Below, piece by piece: positions 1 to 13,514 of a DNA stretch of 64,000 nucleotides. Source of the stretch: Octopus vulgaris (taxonomy: Eukaryota); contig OX597820.1 in assembly GCA_951406725.2 (NCBI GenBank), forward strand, positions 87,916,001-87,980,000, given 5' to 3'. Position numbers and translations under genes: made by a program. The notes below the pieces were generated by a model. It was given only the letters and a program-made list of their open reading frames with translations. It was not told where the DNA came from and ran no database searches. Position 1 is the stretch's first letter, and the number at the start of each line of letters is the position of its first letter.

Positions 1-1253
1 TTGAGAAGTTGAAGAAATTGCTCAGTAATATAGAAATAATGGAAATAAAGGTTAAAGCTTTCTCAGAAATAAACATTCCAAGTTAGATAACAGCTGATGT
101 TGATATCAGGCTATAAGAAAGCCTTATTGAATTGCAGAGTAATTAAACTGCTTAATTAAATTTAATTATGGATTCAATAACCTAAAGACAAGTATGAAAT
201 TGCTATGAAATTCTCATTGCTTTGGCAGGAAGTAAAATTATATTTCATTGCCTTTCCACTTTTTAGGTGATTCAGGTCTTAGCTGAATTTCTTTCCTATC
301 ATCAAAAGCTTGTAATCGTTTAGACATTGTAATGAAAGATGACCTTCATTTGTTTCTAACAACCATGGACCCTGATATATATATATATATGTATAAACTT
401 GGGATACTACATGAACCACAAGAGACTTTACTAAAATATAAAGTAATATTTGTTTAGTTTGCTAACGAATTTTTATTTTTGTGCTCAAATAGTAATCCTT
501 TTTAGCAATTAATTTTCTGGTGTAAACAGAAGTTAAATTAAAAAAAAAGTTTATGCTTGTTGTAGCAAAATTATAAACGCTAATTTTATTAAAGCCGCAA
601 AATACTTTCGTAAAAGGAAATAAATGTGCAATTAACAGACACTCATATTTTTATGGGGTTTATTAGGTTAATGGTAGCGTGGCGCACTTGACATGCCTGC
701 TAGAATGGTCACAGGGCTAAACATAAAAGCCCGAAAGGGACACAGCAGGCATCCACAACACATGCGCAAAACACACAACAGCCCTTACAGATAACGGAAG
801 TCGTGAAAAGGATTTAAGGAGTACGTCAGACAAGACTCTCTCTCTCTCTTTTTCCTTTCGGCAGTCATCTTGCCAGCTGTCAACACCTCGGGCTACTAGC
901 TGTCTCTCTCTGTTTCAGCGCCCTACACGTGGTTTCACAATGCCTTTCTCACAGAAGGTATCATTTGATAATGTATCGCGCACACACTGATTCTGTAAGC
1001 GTTACATATCAGGATGCCCTAGCATATTACGAGACATAAATAATCTTCGCTTAACTTTTTTATTGCTTGCTTTCCGCGAAAAGATATTTATGAACACTAC
1101 ACGTACGCCTGTCTTGATGATTCCCTAATATTCCACCATCATAAATACTCCTCTTAAACACCCGAAGTAGAAAACCGGTCGCCTTTGAAAAATAAACCCC
1201 GTTTTTTTTTTTTTTTTCCTTTTTAATATTCAAGGCCCGCGAGCTGGCAGAAT

Positions 1254-2140
1254 GGATCTTTTCAATTCTGAAGCCAGGACCACAGATCTTTCTACTTAAC
1301 TAAATATTCTGAAACTTCGTATGCTGATAGAGTCTAGCAAAACAAGACACAGGTTGGAACTAGTTTATTTGAGAAAAATCTATTTTATGACTTTAATCGT
1401 AGATTAAAACTGCGAATTTTAACCAATCAGATTGTTTGTTTTCATGTGTAAAACTTGACTGCATTCTATTAGTGTGACGTAGAAAGCGCTTTTGTGACGT
1501 ACTAACGTTCGGAAAACTGTAAACAAACACAGAACGTAACGGCAGACGAAATACGGCTACGCATTTCGCCCGGCGTGCTAACGTTTCTGCCAGCTCTTTG
1601 CTTTTTTAATATTAAATTTCTTGCCTTTTGCACAAATAAATACAATAAGTGAAATGAAACGCATTAGCTTAGAAACGAAATCTTGTTAGAAGCCTCGTCA
1701 CTGAGATGCCACTTCTTAATAGCAAACGAAAGCAAGTACTAACAGAATGGAAACATTTTCAATTTAATACATGTGGCTTATTAACTAGTTTTAAATATTG
1801 TTATTAGAAGGTGGCTGACTATAGGATCCTGGAAACATGAGTACGTTAAATAATTAGAAGGAGATTTCACGGAGACATGCGGCTTGTTTACATTTAAGAT
1901 GTTTAATACGTCACCAAATTGGTGGTCGAGACGGAGTAAATAAAATAAAGCCGAATGACGGAATATCATTGGTTAAAATTCTAATTATTAAACAACGTTA
2001 AACTAGAAGTTACAATTCCGTTTTCATTCTGGTTTACAATTAAGTTTACTTTTGACACATTCTACCAGTATACGAAGTTTCAAATTGTTTGGTTCAGTAG
2101 GAAAAATTTGAAAAAACTGGCTTCAGAATTGAAAAGATCC
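1254..2140. mobile_element. 887-bp non-autonomous TIR DNA transposon (Mutator-like MITE), copy 1
   Basis: Termini GGATCTTTTCAATTCTGAAGCCAG and CTGGCTTCAGAATTGAAAAGATCC are perfect inverted repeats, with imperfect inverted similarity continuing for about 170 bp. Exact 8-bp TSD GGCAGAAT (1246-1253, 2141-2148). It splits a SINE head. Superfamily is inferred from long TIRs, G termini and TSD length. Confidence 0.9.
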
Positions 2141-3483
2141 GGCAGAATCGCTATTACGCCGGGCAAATTGCATTTCGTCCGTCTTTACACTCAGTTCAAA
2201 TTCCGCCGGGGTTGGCCTTGCTTTTCATCCTTTCGAGGTCGATGAAATAAGTACCAGTTGAGTACTAGAGTCGATGTAATCGATTATCCCCCTCCTCGAA
2301 ATTGCTGGCCTTGTGCCAATAGCAGAAAAGGATTATTGTAAATATTTGTTCAAAAATTATTTCCATTTCATACTAGCAGGTCTTAAATATTGATAGAAAT
2401 AAATTTCATGTTCACAAAATTGATTCAAAACAATATTTAAAATTTCCTTATTTGATAAATTTTACAAATTTTGTTTTCATTAAATGTTTATAATTTTTTT
2501 AATCGTTACCTGTTTCTGCTATTAGCCATTTATTACAAAATTGAAGTACATTTACCCCTAATTATGTCAAGTGAGACCAAAGAAAAATGAATGAGTCCAA
2601 TGAGTGGGGCATGAACTGAAAAAAAAAAAGGTTAAGAACCTTTAAATATCATAAAATTGGGTTAAGGGGCCATGGTTATTTACTTGGTTGGTTATCTTAA
2701 AATAAAACACAAGAAATTTGTAGTTGCTAATAAGCATCTGCACAGCAACCATGATCTTCTAGTGGTTAGGACCCCATATCGAGGCCGTGGTAATCCACGT
2801 CTAAAAGATGGTTACAGCAGCGCAAGGAAATATTTTTTGATTGACTAAGTACCTTCAAGGCGGTGTCCTAGTATGACTGCAGTCTCAACTGAAGGCAGTA
2901 AAAGATAGGTCTCCCATTCCAAAGAAGACTGCTATCGTCAATATTCAAACTTTGACATAGAAGAAATAACATTTAGTATTTGCATTTATCACTATTCGAA
3001 ATGCTCATCAGTTTTGCAGTTCTCCTGCAACTCTTAGTTTTGATTTGTGTATGTTTAATTGCATTTATTTACATCGAAGTGAAAAACTGGGTTTCAAGCG
3101 TAACAAGTTAGCTTGCTCTCGGTCAGCTCAAATCGAAGAGATATAATGCTCCAAAGGCTTTCCGAGTATGACCAACTTCTGTTTCATTCAAACGCAATGT
3201 AACCTTGGATTATATTATCCTATGTGTTTCTTTCTTTTTAAGACTATTGAGTGGAAGTTGTTCTGTATTAAATATTTGGCTCAGGTGTACGATCTGAGGA
3301 TAACTTCGTCCCTTTCACCCACCAATCTTCCGGAGACCCTCTGACTAAGTCTTAAAAAGGGTTCCAGTAATCAGATCGAGCGTTGTTTGTTTGTTGGTTT
3401 ATCAGATCAAGTCGTCTGCGTTGATGAACATCTTATCAATAAAACTCACAAAATGGAGTCAGAGCCGACTTTAGAGAAGAGAA

Positions 3484-4484
3484 CTCGGTAAATTGATAGT
3501 TTCACACCAGACTCCATTTCGGTACTAAATATTTTTCCCGCCCCCTTTTTTGTTTTTGGTGCATTCGTCTTAGTTGACCTCGTAAGCTGCCGGAAATGCA
3601 TTCTTTCCGCGGAAAACGGAGGGGTGGGGCAGAACCTCGAAAATTCCCCTTTCCGACCCCATCTCCTGAGTTTTTTTTCTTTTCGTTGCGATCCTCTTAA
3701 TTGACCTCATAATGTGTGGGAAATGCATTTTGTTCGTGGAAAACGGGGCGTGGGGGTGGAACCTAGGGCAGTCTTGTATATCTTCTGTCTCCGGATTTGT
3801 GAAGGAATCGATCCTTTACAGCCGATATGGGAGGGGGGGTGTGTATATAATTTTGCTGCCTCAATTAAAAAAATTGATGCAGCAATTTTTTTTTTTTGCT
3901 TTCTGTAGCAGAGATAAACACATATCTGGCCAGGTACTGGTGCAGATAGTTTAAACGAATACCCGGCCTTTCACACGTTCCTTTAAACCTGGCCAAAAAC
4001 GTTCGATGTTTTATGTGTGGTGTCAGCAAAATTTTCTTTGTAGTTTACCATTTAATGTCGATAACCCAATGTTTGCTGAGCCAGGCTTGATGTATTTTTG
4101 AAATAGTGGAAGCAATGTCGCTTTGTCACGCTTCTGACCCGTCAGAGAAACAACACAGCGACGTTTGCTAACCCGCTCAATTCCAGCGAACAACCAAACA
4201 TAAATATTTCAATTAGAATATACAATCTGTAAGTAGGATTAATTGAATATATGCATGAGGTCAATTAAGACGATTGCAGCGAAAAGAACCCAAAAAAACA
4301 CGGGGATCAGGAAGGGGAATTTCCGAGGTTCTGCCCCATCCCACCCCTCTTTTTTCCGCGGAAAGAATGCATTTCCGACAGCTTACGATGTCAACTAAGA
4401 CGACTGCGCCCCACCCTCAAATAAAACTGCGTCAAAAAAATTTAGTACCAAAATCGAGTCTGGTGTGAAACTAAATTCACCGAG
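3484..4484. mobile_element. About 1-kb foldback-type MITE with about 225-bp imperfect TIRs
   Basis: 3484-3710 is the reverse complement of about 4255-4484 (e.g. TAGTTTCACACCAGACTC / GAGTCTGGTGTGAAACTA; GGAAATGCATTCTTTCCGCGGAAAA / TTTTCCGCGGAAAGAATGCATTTCC). Internal sub-repeat at about 3700-3765. TSD unclear. Confidence 0.8.
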
Positions 4485-5210
4485 AATTCAAACAACGTCA
4501 CGATCAGGGAAAGAAAGAGAAGTGTAGGATACAGAAGGATAGGGGAACAGAAGATTACGACAGACTAGTGATAGAGGAGAAACAAGAAGTAGAAAAAAAA
4601 AGGCATTTTAAGAAGCGATAAGGAATAAAGGTGAGAGGTCGTGTAATTGTTGCTTATCTAAAGAGAATCGAAGGAAAGGACAAGAGAGGAAGTAAATATA
4701 AAAGCGCAGAGGAATGTCAGGTTTCAATGCTAGAATATGGAGAAAACTGATAAAAATTACAGACCGAGCGAGGACTGCCGAAGGAGGACAGGGGTGGGGA
4801 GAGAGAGAAAAAAGAGATTACAGACGAAAAAAAGTGGCGGGAGGGAGGGTGGATAGTAAAGAGGACAGCCATTACTGATGTCGAAGAGGGAAGAAGTTCG
4901 ACCTATGTACATCCCCATTTTGTTGATAACTTCATCCCATCTAACTACAGTTCTCCGAAACCCTGAAAAACATCATGCACATTATCATTCCTCCTCTGAT
5001 TAATTCTTTAAAAATAAGTATATCCCTTCTTCGTGTACATGTTAGAAATCCTTAATCAAATGTTATTAGGTTGCTTTATATCTTTCTGGTCGATGAAATA
5101 AGTACTTGTCATAAGTTTAGTCCGAGGTCAGATTTGGCCGAGCGTAAAAAGTTGTTTCCTAGACCAGCTTTGATCAAGTAGACGTTTCATGTTCCAAAGT
5201 CTCACTTTGC

Positions 5211-5669
5211 TCTTTTTTACTCTTTTATTTCTTTCAGTCATTTGACTGCGGCTATGCTGGAGCACCACCTTTTAGTGGAGCAAATCGACCCCCAGGACTT
5301 ATTCTTTGTAAGCCTAGTACTTATTCTTTCGGTCTCTTTTACCGAACCGCTAAGTTATGGGGACGTAAACACACCAGCATCGGTTGTTAAGCGATGGTGG
5401 TGGAACAAACACAGACAAACACACACACACACACACACACACATACACACACACACACATACACACACACACACATACACACACACACACATATATATAT
5501 ATATACGACGGGCTTCTTTAAGTTTCCGTCTACCAAATCCACTCACAAGGCTTTGGTCGGCCCGAGGCTATAGTTCAAGACACTTGCCCAAGGTGTCACG
5601 CAGTGAGACTGAACCCGGAACCATGTGGTTGGGAAGCAAGCTACTTACCACACAACCACTCCTGCACCT
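5211..5669 (-). mobile_element. SINE family B, full-length copy
   Basis: Colinear with 18760-19168. Confidence 0.8.
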
Positions 5670-6530
5670 TTTCACTTCTGACTAACTTTTCTTTCATTCA
5701 AGCACATTGTGATATTGGATTACGTTATTCCATATGTCTTTTTTTTTAAAAAAAGACTTTAGTTATGAATTGAGAGCGATTTGACTGCATTTACCGGCAG
5801 CACCATCACTCTGCTCTAGAGTACTTTCAGTGAAATACAGTATTTGGCTCAGACGTTTGGTTCGAGTCTGAGGCTAACTTCATCCTTTTCTCCCATCTAT
5901 TCCGGAGGCCCACCCTCCGCTGACGAAGTCTTGAAAAAAGGTCCAGTAACTGGGTAGAGCATCGCTTGTTGGTTTGTGACAAGTGGTGGCCTGCGTCGTT
6001 GAACATCCTATCAATAAAACTCACAAAACGGGGTTATTTAGTATGGGGGAGCCCTAGTTATGTTCAAGGGTGCTACAGATTTGACCATCCCGCCCATCTA
6101 CTCAACATTCGGAATCTATCTAAGTGTACAATAATTTAATGCATTCATTCTCTTTTCCATAACGGTAAGGCGTTATTTGAGGATAATTTGACCGACATTT
6201 CTTGTGCATCGAGTAATAGTATAGCGATTCCCTCGTTTATAGAATCGATATGTATCAGTGATGTACTGCTGTCGTTTTATCGACGACATCAACTGACTAG
6301 CATGTATAGTTAGCTTTGTGACTATATCATGAAAAGCGTAATTATTCCTATGTATGTTAGCACTAATTAGAGAGGGTGTCGACCGTTGTATTTATCAGGT
6401 AATGGGATAGGACGGTTGTCATTATTTAAAAAGAAAAAAGAAACCAAAAATATCGTACTGCACAAAACACAATTTTATACTATGTATGTGTGTGTCAATT
6501 TTATACTGTGTATATGTATGTGGCAATGTG

Positions 6531-6900
6531 TGGAGGCGCAATGGCCCAGTGGTTAGGGCAGCGGACTCGCGGTCATAGGATCGATTCCCAGACCGGGCGT
6601 TGTGAGTGTTTATTGAGCGAAAACACCTAAAGCTCCACGAGGCTCCGGCAGGGGATGGTGGTGATCCCTGCTATACTCTTTCACCACAACTTTCTCTTAC
6701 TTCCTGTTTCTGTTGTACCTGTATTTCAAAGGGCCGGCCTTGTCACTCTCTGTGTGACGCTGAATATCCCCGAGAACTACGTTAAGGGTACACGTGTCTG
6801 TGGAGTGCTCAGCCACTTACACGTTAATTTCACGAGCAGGCTGTTCCGTTGATTCGGATCAACCGGAACCCTCGTCGTCGTAACCGACGGAGTGCTTCCA
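6531..6900 (+). mobile_element. tRNA-derived SINE family C
   Basis: Head TGGAGGCGCAATGGCCCAGTGGTTAGGGCAGCGGACTCGCGGTC; flanked by CAATGTG. Related copies at 47177-47493 (-), 47500-47805 (-), 61222-61537 (-), 63205-63480 (-), 55848-56000 (+), 15760-15945 (-). Confidence 0.8.
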
Positions 6901-7627
6901 TCAATGTGTATGAAGCAGTGTGTTCTCTAAGGCGGCTGCAAATTAGCTAAGTCGTTAGATCGTTGAGCAAAACACTTTGTGGTATTTGTTGTTTTTCTGC
7001 GCCCTGAGTTCAAATCCTACTCAGGCCAAAATTGCCTTTTATCCTTTTTTTTTTTTTGGCGGGATGGGGGAGATAAAATAAAGTACCATTCAAGAGTAGT
7101 GGAATGACGGAACTGTCAACGTGTGGGACAATCCTGTATTTGTTCCAGCTCTTCACCTAATTTTTGGGGCAATTGACTTCATCTGTCATCCGTTTAACAA
7201 TACAATCTGATCCTTAGGGACACGTTTAGTGGAATCTGCTCTGTAGGAAGCATTCGGGTTAGGCTTCCACTCTGAACATAAACTCCTCCCTTCTCACTTC
7301 CTCCCAACCGGCTCACAAACACTGAAAAAGATGTGTTGTGGACACTGCTTTACTCTCTTCCTCTTTCTCATTCTTTATCACACCCCACTCTCTCTATGAT
7401 TAAACACTGAAAAAAACTAAAACATAACAAAGAAAAACTTAGATGCAGGGTGGTTTTAGTCAATGGACTCCAGCCATACTGGAACAACAGGTTTAGTTTT
7501 AATGGATCGTATTGATCGTATTGATACCAGTAATTATTTCGGTCTGATAATTAGTCCATAGATCACTATTTATCACACGACTAAGTTACTTTTTTGAAAC
7601 AACGCCAGTCTTTATACAGACACAGAC

Positions 7628-7665
<38 letters not shown>

Positions 7666-7751
7666 CGCGTGCATACGTGCAAGTGTGTGTGTGTGACTGT
7701 GTGTGTATATGTGCACTTGTGTATGTGTGTGTGATTGTGTTTGTGGTGTGC

Positions 7752-7810
<59 letters not shown>

Positions 7811-8535
7811 CACGTGTGTAACTCTTTTGTAAGGCTTGCTTAGTTTATATTCTGGTGTTATGTTAAGTGGCTGGCGCCATAGAAACGAATATCTTGTAAG
7901 ATACTTCCACAGAAATTACTTTTATAAACAATTTGTATATATATATATATAAATGCAGACGTCTACCTAAATGTTGGGTTGAGACATGGGAAATACAGCA
8001 GAAGTTCTACTATCGGATTACACACAGGATCATGCAAGAATATGTTATTAAGAAATTCATTCCGTAACGACATGGTTCCGGGATCGATCTCATTGCGTGG
8101 CGCCTTGAATAAGTGTCTTCTTCAGTAGCTTAATGTTGGTCGATGCCTTGTGAAGAAAATTTCGTAGACGGAAAATACAAAGAAGCCGATCCTATACCTC
8201 CAGCAATTCCAGCTAATCATCTACACCTGGATATATTCCTGCAAGAAATAACTCTTTACTTGAATGAGCTATGATGTCCAAAGAATGATAGTAAAATAAA
8301 ATACCATTTAAAGTCTTTTCCAAGAAGTGCTATTAAGTTCGTCACGGCCTGGACTTATGTAAGTATCTGAGTATGTGTACGCACACGTGTCTGTGTATGT
8401 TTGTGCGCAGGTATGTGAGTATGTGTGTACGTATATATATATTAAATTCAAATTACGATGAACTTAAACAAACGAACGAAGTTTGCTTTCGAAGCATTGA
8501 TATATCTTAGAAAGTTAAAGAAGTGGTTTTAAATT

Positions 8536-8658
8536 CTCAAACGCAGGATAATGCTAATAATATAGCCTGAACATAGCCGGCCACCAATACTTTTTTCTGC
8601 AAAATGGGGGTAGTTTATCCTGTTCAGGCTATATTATTAGCATTATCCTGCGTTTGAG
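8536..8658. repeat. Perfect 38-bp inverted repeat with 47-nt spacer
   Basis: CTCAAACGCAGGATAATGCTAATAATATAGCCTGAACA (8536-8573) and its reverse complement (8621-8658); short (TA)n at about 8432 and 8661. Confidence 0.9.
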
Positions 8659-9589
8659 TGTATATATATACACTTGTGCTAAAAATTGAAGCCAATATTT
8701 TAGTGAATGCTAAAGTTTAGAAGGAATTTAATGCATTACAGTGAAAATAATTTTTCCTTATTTAGGTATATTGTTGCCTTGGCGTAGCTAAATTAATAAA
8801 TAACACTAATTATGTTAGTTGTAACTATAATATGAATTGTGATTACTACAATAGAAGTAATTACTCTTTGCAAAGAGATTGCCTAATTAAGGATATAGTT
8901 CACACATGTACAGTTAGCACCTTCACAATTAGTAAATGTCATATAGCTATAAAGATTTAAGGCCTGATATCGCACACACAATCATTCATTTAAAACCCCC
9001 GCGAGAAAGAATATGATATCACTTTCGGCATATATCGTAACCTGAAAGATCTAAATATTTATAATGTCCATTGGGAGATTTTAGCAAATCTTATGATGGT
9101 AATATAAGGTCTTGTCGAAAAAGAAATAGATATTTTGGGGCGAGGGTTCAGTCATGTGTAAGAATATCAGCATGTAAGCATAAGACGTATAAAATTTAAA
9201 CAGCATGTGTACATAAGACTTAAAATTTACAGAGCGTGAGCGTACTCAAATGGATAATATTTATATATTATTTAGATTCTCCTCATAGGAACTATAAATA
9301 TATGGGATAAAGAAGCCTGGACTTGAGTCAGTTTTATGTTTAGAATTTTGTATATTGATGTTCGTATAAAATACATGGGAGTAATATCTCTATAATTGTA
9401 TATTTAGGTTCAAGTATGAAAGTATTCATACACACTTATATTTATGTGGATAAATGAGCTTACGTAAAAATTGTGTATACATGCTTGCATGGAACTATAT
9501 GAATCAACGTAAGTATATAGTATTCTTTTATTCTTTTATATGTTTCATCCTTGAGGCTGTGGCCATGCTGGAGCACCGCCAGTGTAATC

Positions 9590-10120
9590 ACCTTTTAATT
9601 GGCCAATTCTATGGGTTTGGCTTTTTGTGTAGGGGGGAGTTCGATACCGCTGCCTTGATATTGGTTCACCTGGGATCTTGGATAGCAAGAGGCCAAGTTG
9701 TTTCTTGAAAACATCTATTCACCCTCCATGGAGATACCTCAGATGTTTTGGCAAGGAGTTAAATAGCAGTGGGCCCTTGAATCCCAAGCTATTGCAGTAC
9801 ATGGTCCTCGCCTTAGATGACACAGCTGGGACTTTTGGAACAGTGCAGTGACGCCCATTTCGAGGTCTGGTATAACTCTCAATTCCAAAGTTTGGTGCCA
9901 GCCCCTCCAGTATCTTCCACACATATATCACAGCATACCTCTCCTATCTTCGCTCCAGGGAGTAGAGTCGTAGCTCTTTCAATCTCTTCCAGTAGTTTAG
10001 GTCTTCCGTTGATGCAATCTTCCTTGTGTAGTATCGCTGAACCGCCTCAAGTTCTGCTATTAATCCTACAGTGTAAGGTGACCACAGTTGAGAGCAGTAG
10101 CCCAGATGGTTGAGGACAAA
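9590..10120 (-). mobile_element. Decayed CR1/L2-group LINE, ORF2 3' fragment
   Basis: Frameshifted translation YCSQLWSP...LEAVQRYYTRKI...LNYWKRLKELRLYSLERR...IYVWKILEGLAPNFG...GPLLFNSLPKHLR, typical of the post-RT C-terminus of this group. Confidence 0.85.
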
Positions 10121-11811
10121 TTTTAACACAAGGCCAGCGTTTTCTTTCTTTTGTTTTTTTTCTGGTGAGGGCGGGGGTAAGTCGATTACAACGATCCAAG
10201 TGCTCAACTGGTGCTAATTTTATCGACCCCAAAAGGATAAAAGGCAAAGTCGTCCTGAGAGGAATTTGAAATCAGAACGTAAAGACGGAGGAAATGGCAT
10301 TAAGCATTTTGTCCGGCGTGCTAACGGTTCCGCCAGCTCACTGCCTTAAACTGTGATAAAATATTAGAAATAAATTTGTTCTTTTTTTTTACCAACCACC
10401 GGTGGGGCATACATTTTTCTGGAAAGTTATAGTAATGCCTAGGGGAAAATAAGTCGAGAAAATATAATCTACATAGTGTTCTGCTTGAATTTCTGGTTTC
10501 CATGACTTTTGATTAACAAATCTCCCTCCTGCGCCAACTCCTCTCTCTCTCTCTGATATTACGCAACCACGGGCTTGTTTAAACAATTTTGTTTTGATAT
10601 TTTAGTAAGAATCCATAGTAGTTCAGAACAATGACGTTCTAAATTCCATCATCAGCGTTTTTAGACCTTCACAGTCTCATCTCCGATAGGATGAGTATTA
10701 TCAGAAGTTGTAACTGCTTCTTGATGGAAGATAAATATGATTTATGTGATGTGATGTAATTATTGCCAGATTTTGTTTAAATTTTAGAGAAACATTTGAC
10801 GAAACTTCAACAAAAAAAGGTGAGGGAAGCTAAAAGTAGGACATAATCATGTTTTCTTTGCAATACATCTAAAAGAACCGTTAGCGTGCCACGCAGGATG
10901 CTTAGTGGCATTTCATCTGTCGTTACGTTCTGAGCTCAAATTCCGCCGAGGTCGACTTTGCTTTTCATCCTTTCGGGATCGATAAAATAAGTACCAGCTG
11001 AGCACTGGAGTCTGGTAATCGATTACTGAGCACTGGTAATCGATTTACACCCGACCCCAAAATTGCTGGCCTTGTGCCCAAATTTGAAAACAATAATATT
11101 TAGAAAGATTCTTTTTCCCTATCGATAACTGTTACTGTCTGTTTTTATGTTTAGTCATAAAAAAAAAAACACATTAACCTGGGGTGGGGGTTACTGTATA
11201 CATTTGTAGAGTACAAGTTTATTCTTAAACAAGAATGTTGTTAACAGTGACTTCGAAGTTTGGGCAAACAACATTTTTCTTTAAGAATAATTACACACAC
11301 ACACACACACACATATGCATATGTGTGTGTGTGAATGTGTATGTACATGTGTGTGTGTCTCTCTCTCTATATATATATATACACACACACACACATACAT
11401 AAATATGTGTGCATGCATTTATATAAGGATGTATGTAATAGAATTTCTGCCGCATTTCGCGTCTTTCAATTCTATATCTAGTTAGACAGAAGCACATTTT
11501 TTACCACTTGATATATCTTAAATGTTTATAAACCAAAGTTCGGGGAAAATATCTTAACATGTATTCGTCTTTATGGCGCCAACTACTTAACACATCATTA
11601 GAATATAAATGTTTGCAGCTTTTAGTCTAGCAGACAAAAGAATTTTACTGATATATACACACATACATACATAGATAGATATATACATACATAGATATAT
11701 ACATACATACATACATACATACATACATACATAAATACATTTATATACATATACATACGTACATACATACATATATATACACACACACACATATATGTAT
11801 ATATATGTATT

Positions 11812-11843
<32 letters not shown>

Positions 11844-11875
11844 CGTGTGTGTGTGTATGTGCCTGAGTGTGTACG

Positions 11876-11906
<31 letters not shown>

Positions 11907-11944
11907 CGTTAACGCACTGAGTTTCGGTGGAACAAATCATCAGC

Positions 11945-11966
11945 TTTGAATGAATAAACTCTCCTT

Positions 11967-12006
<40 letters not shown>

Positions 12007-12125
12007 GCGCATGCATACAAATAAAAAACATATCTGATATATTTCTGCTTTTTAACAGTACACCTGTATATGATAGGCGTTCCCGAGACAAACATTGCAG
12101 TTTACAAGGCTTTCAATGATGTATC
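11945..12125 (+). repeat. Local direct duplication, copy 1
   Basis: TTTGAATGAATAAACTCTCCTTGTA(CA)n...GGCTTTCAATGATGTATC recurs at 13028-13194. Confidence 0.85.
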
Positions 12126-12225
12126 TGCCTTATCTGCTTTAAGTATGATACACAGAGCGCTCTCACTTTCTCGTTCTCTTTATCCATCCATCGATCCATC
12201 CATCGATCCATCTATCTAGCCATCC

Positions 12226-12295
<70 letters not shown>

Positions 12296-13027
12296 ATTTT
12301 ATATGAGCTCATGTTTGTCACCCTCTCCCATCGCTTGACAACCAGTGTCGGTTTGCCTAGGTCCCCGTAACTTAGCAGTTCAGTAAAAGAAACTGATAGA
12401 CTAAATACCAGACCTTAACCAAAAGTACTGAGATCGATTTGTTCGACTAAACCCTTCAAGGCAACGCTCCAGCATGGCCGCAATACAATTATGCATTATG
12501 CAATCCTTGTTTGAAACACGCCAAACCATATGTAGATTGATGCGACGGGACTTTTTAAGAGTAGCTATGGCGAAAATCTTTTCAATTAGGAAGAGAAACG
12601 CCTCAGCATTATCTAGTTCAGTATGACAACGAAATCTCACGGTCCATCTTAACCCATTAAAAAAAATTGTATAATAATAAACTTCTGTAATCTCTGTAAT
12701 GAAGAGAAAATCCACATTTCATTTAAATTAATAGGCATCTCAAACAAAAGAACTGAGTTAATCTGTAAAAGTTACCATGAGGATAAATCCTATTTCTATA
12801 GCTGCACCTGAACGCGCAAAACGGATTAAGGGGAAAAAGTACATTGTCGCTCCTCCGTAAATATAAATCAAATCTCCCTCAAATCACATCCTAATGTCTT
12901 AAATAAAGAAGGGACATTGGATACTGCAGACCTAGGTCAAAGCTAAAAAGACCGGATGTACATGACTGTGCTGGGCTGGAGTTGGCTTTGGGATAAACAA
13001 TAGGTACATCATCATCAACAACAATTT

Positions 13028-13049
13028 TTTGAATGAATAAACTCTCCTT

Positions 13050-13092
<43 letters not shown>

Positions 13093-13194
13093 ACAAACAT
13101 ATCTGATATATTTCTGCTTTTTAACAGTACACCTGTATAAGATAGGCGTTCACGAGACAAACATTGCAGTTTACAAGGCTTTCAATGATGTATC
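13028..13194 (+). repeat. Local direct duplication, copy 2
   Basis: Matches 11945-12125 apart from a few substitutions and the microsatellite tract. Confidence 0.85.
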
Positions 13195-13514
13195 ATGCTG
13201 ATGATTGTCTCATTGAACAGTCTTTTATTGCAAGCACACTAGGATGTCTGTGAAGAAAGCAGTAGCAGTAGCAGCAATGATAACAGCAGCAACAGCCGTT
13301 TAAGAATTTGGACCTGGAGATCTCCATTTCCAGCGACTTCGAGGGCCACCTCCCAGTGGTGTCGGGCGTCAACGAAGAGCCCTCGACTACAAGACGACCA
13401 AAGTTTTTTTTCCAAGGTCTGTGGTCTCCCGCCCCTAAGCCCTAGACCATCATATAATCACCCTTACCCGTCTTGTTGCTTAACAACAACAACAACGAGT
13501 TACAGTAAGTGACT

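Noticed and set aside
1781-1969. 62-aa ORF repeated identically at 58220-58408
   Set aside because: Lies inside the duplicated MITE and has no recognisable motif; identity reflects transposon copying.
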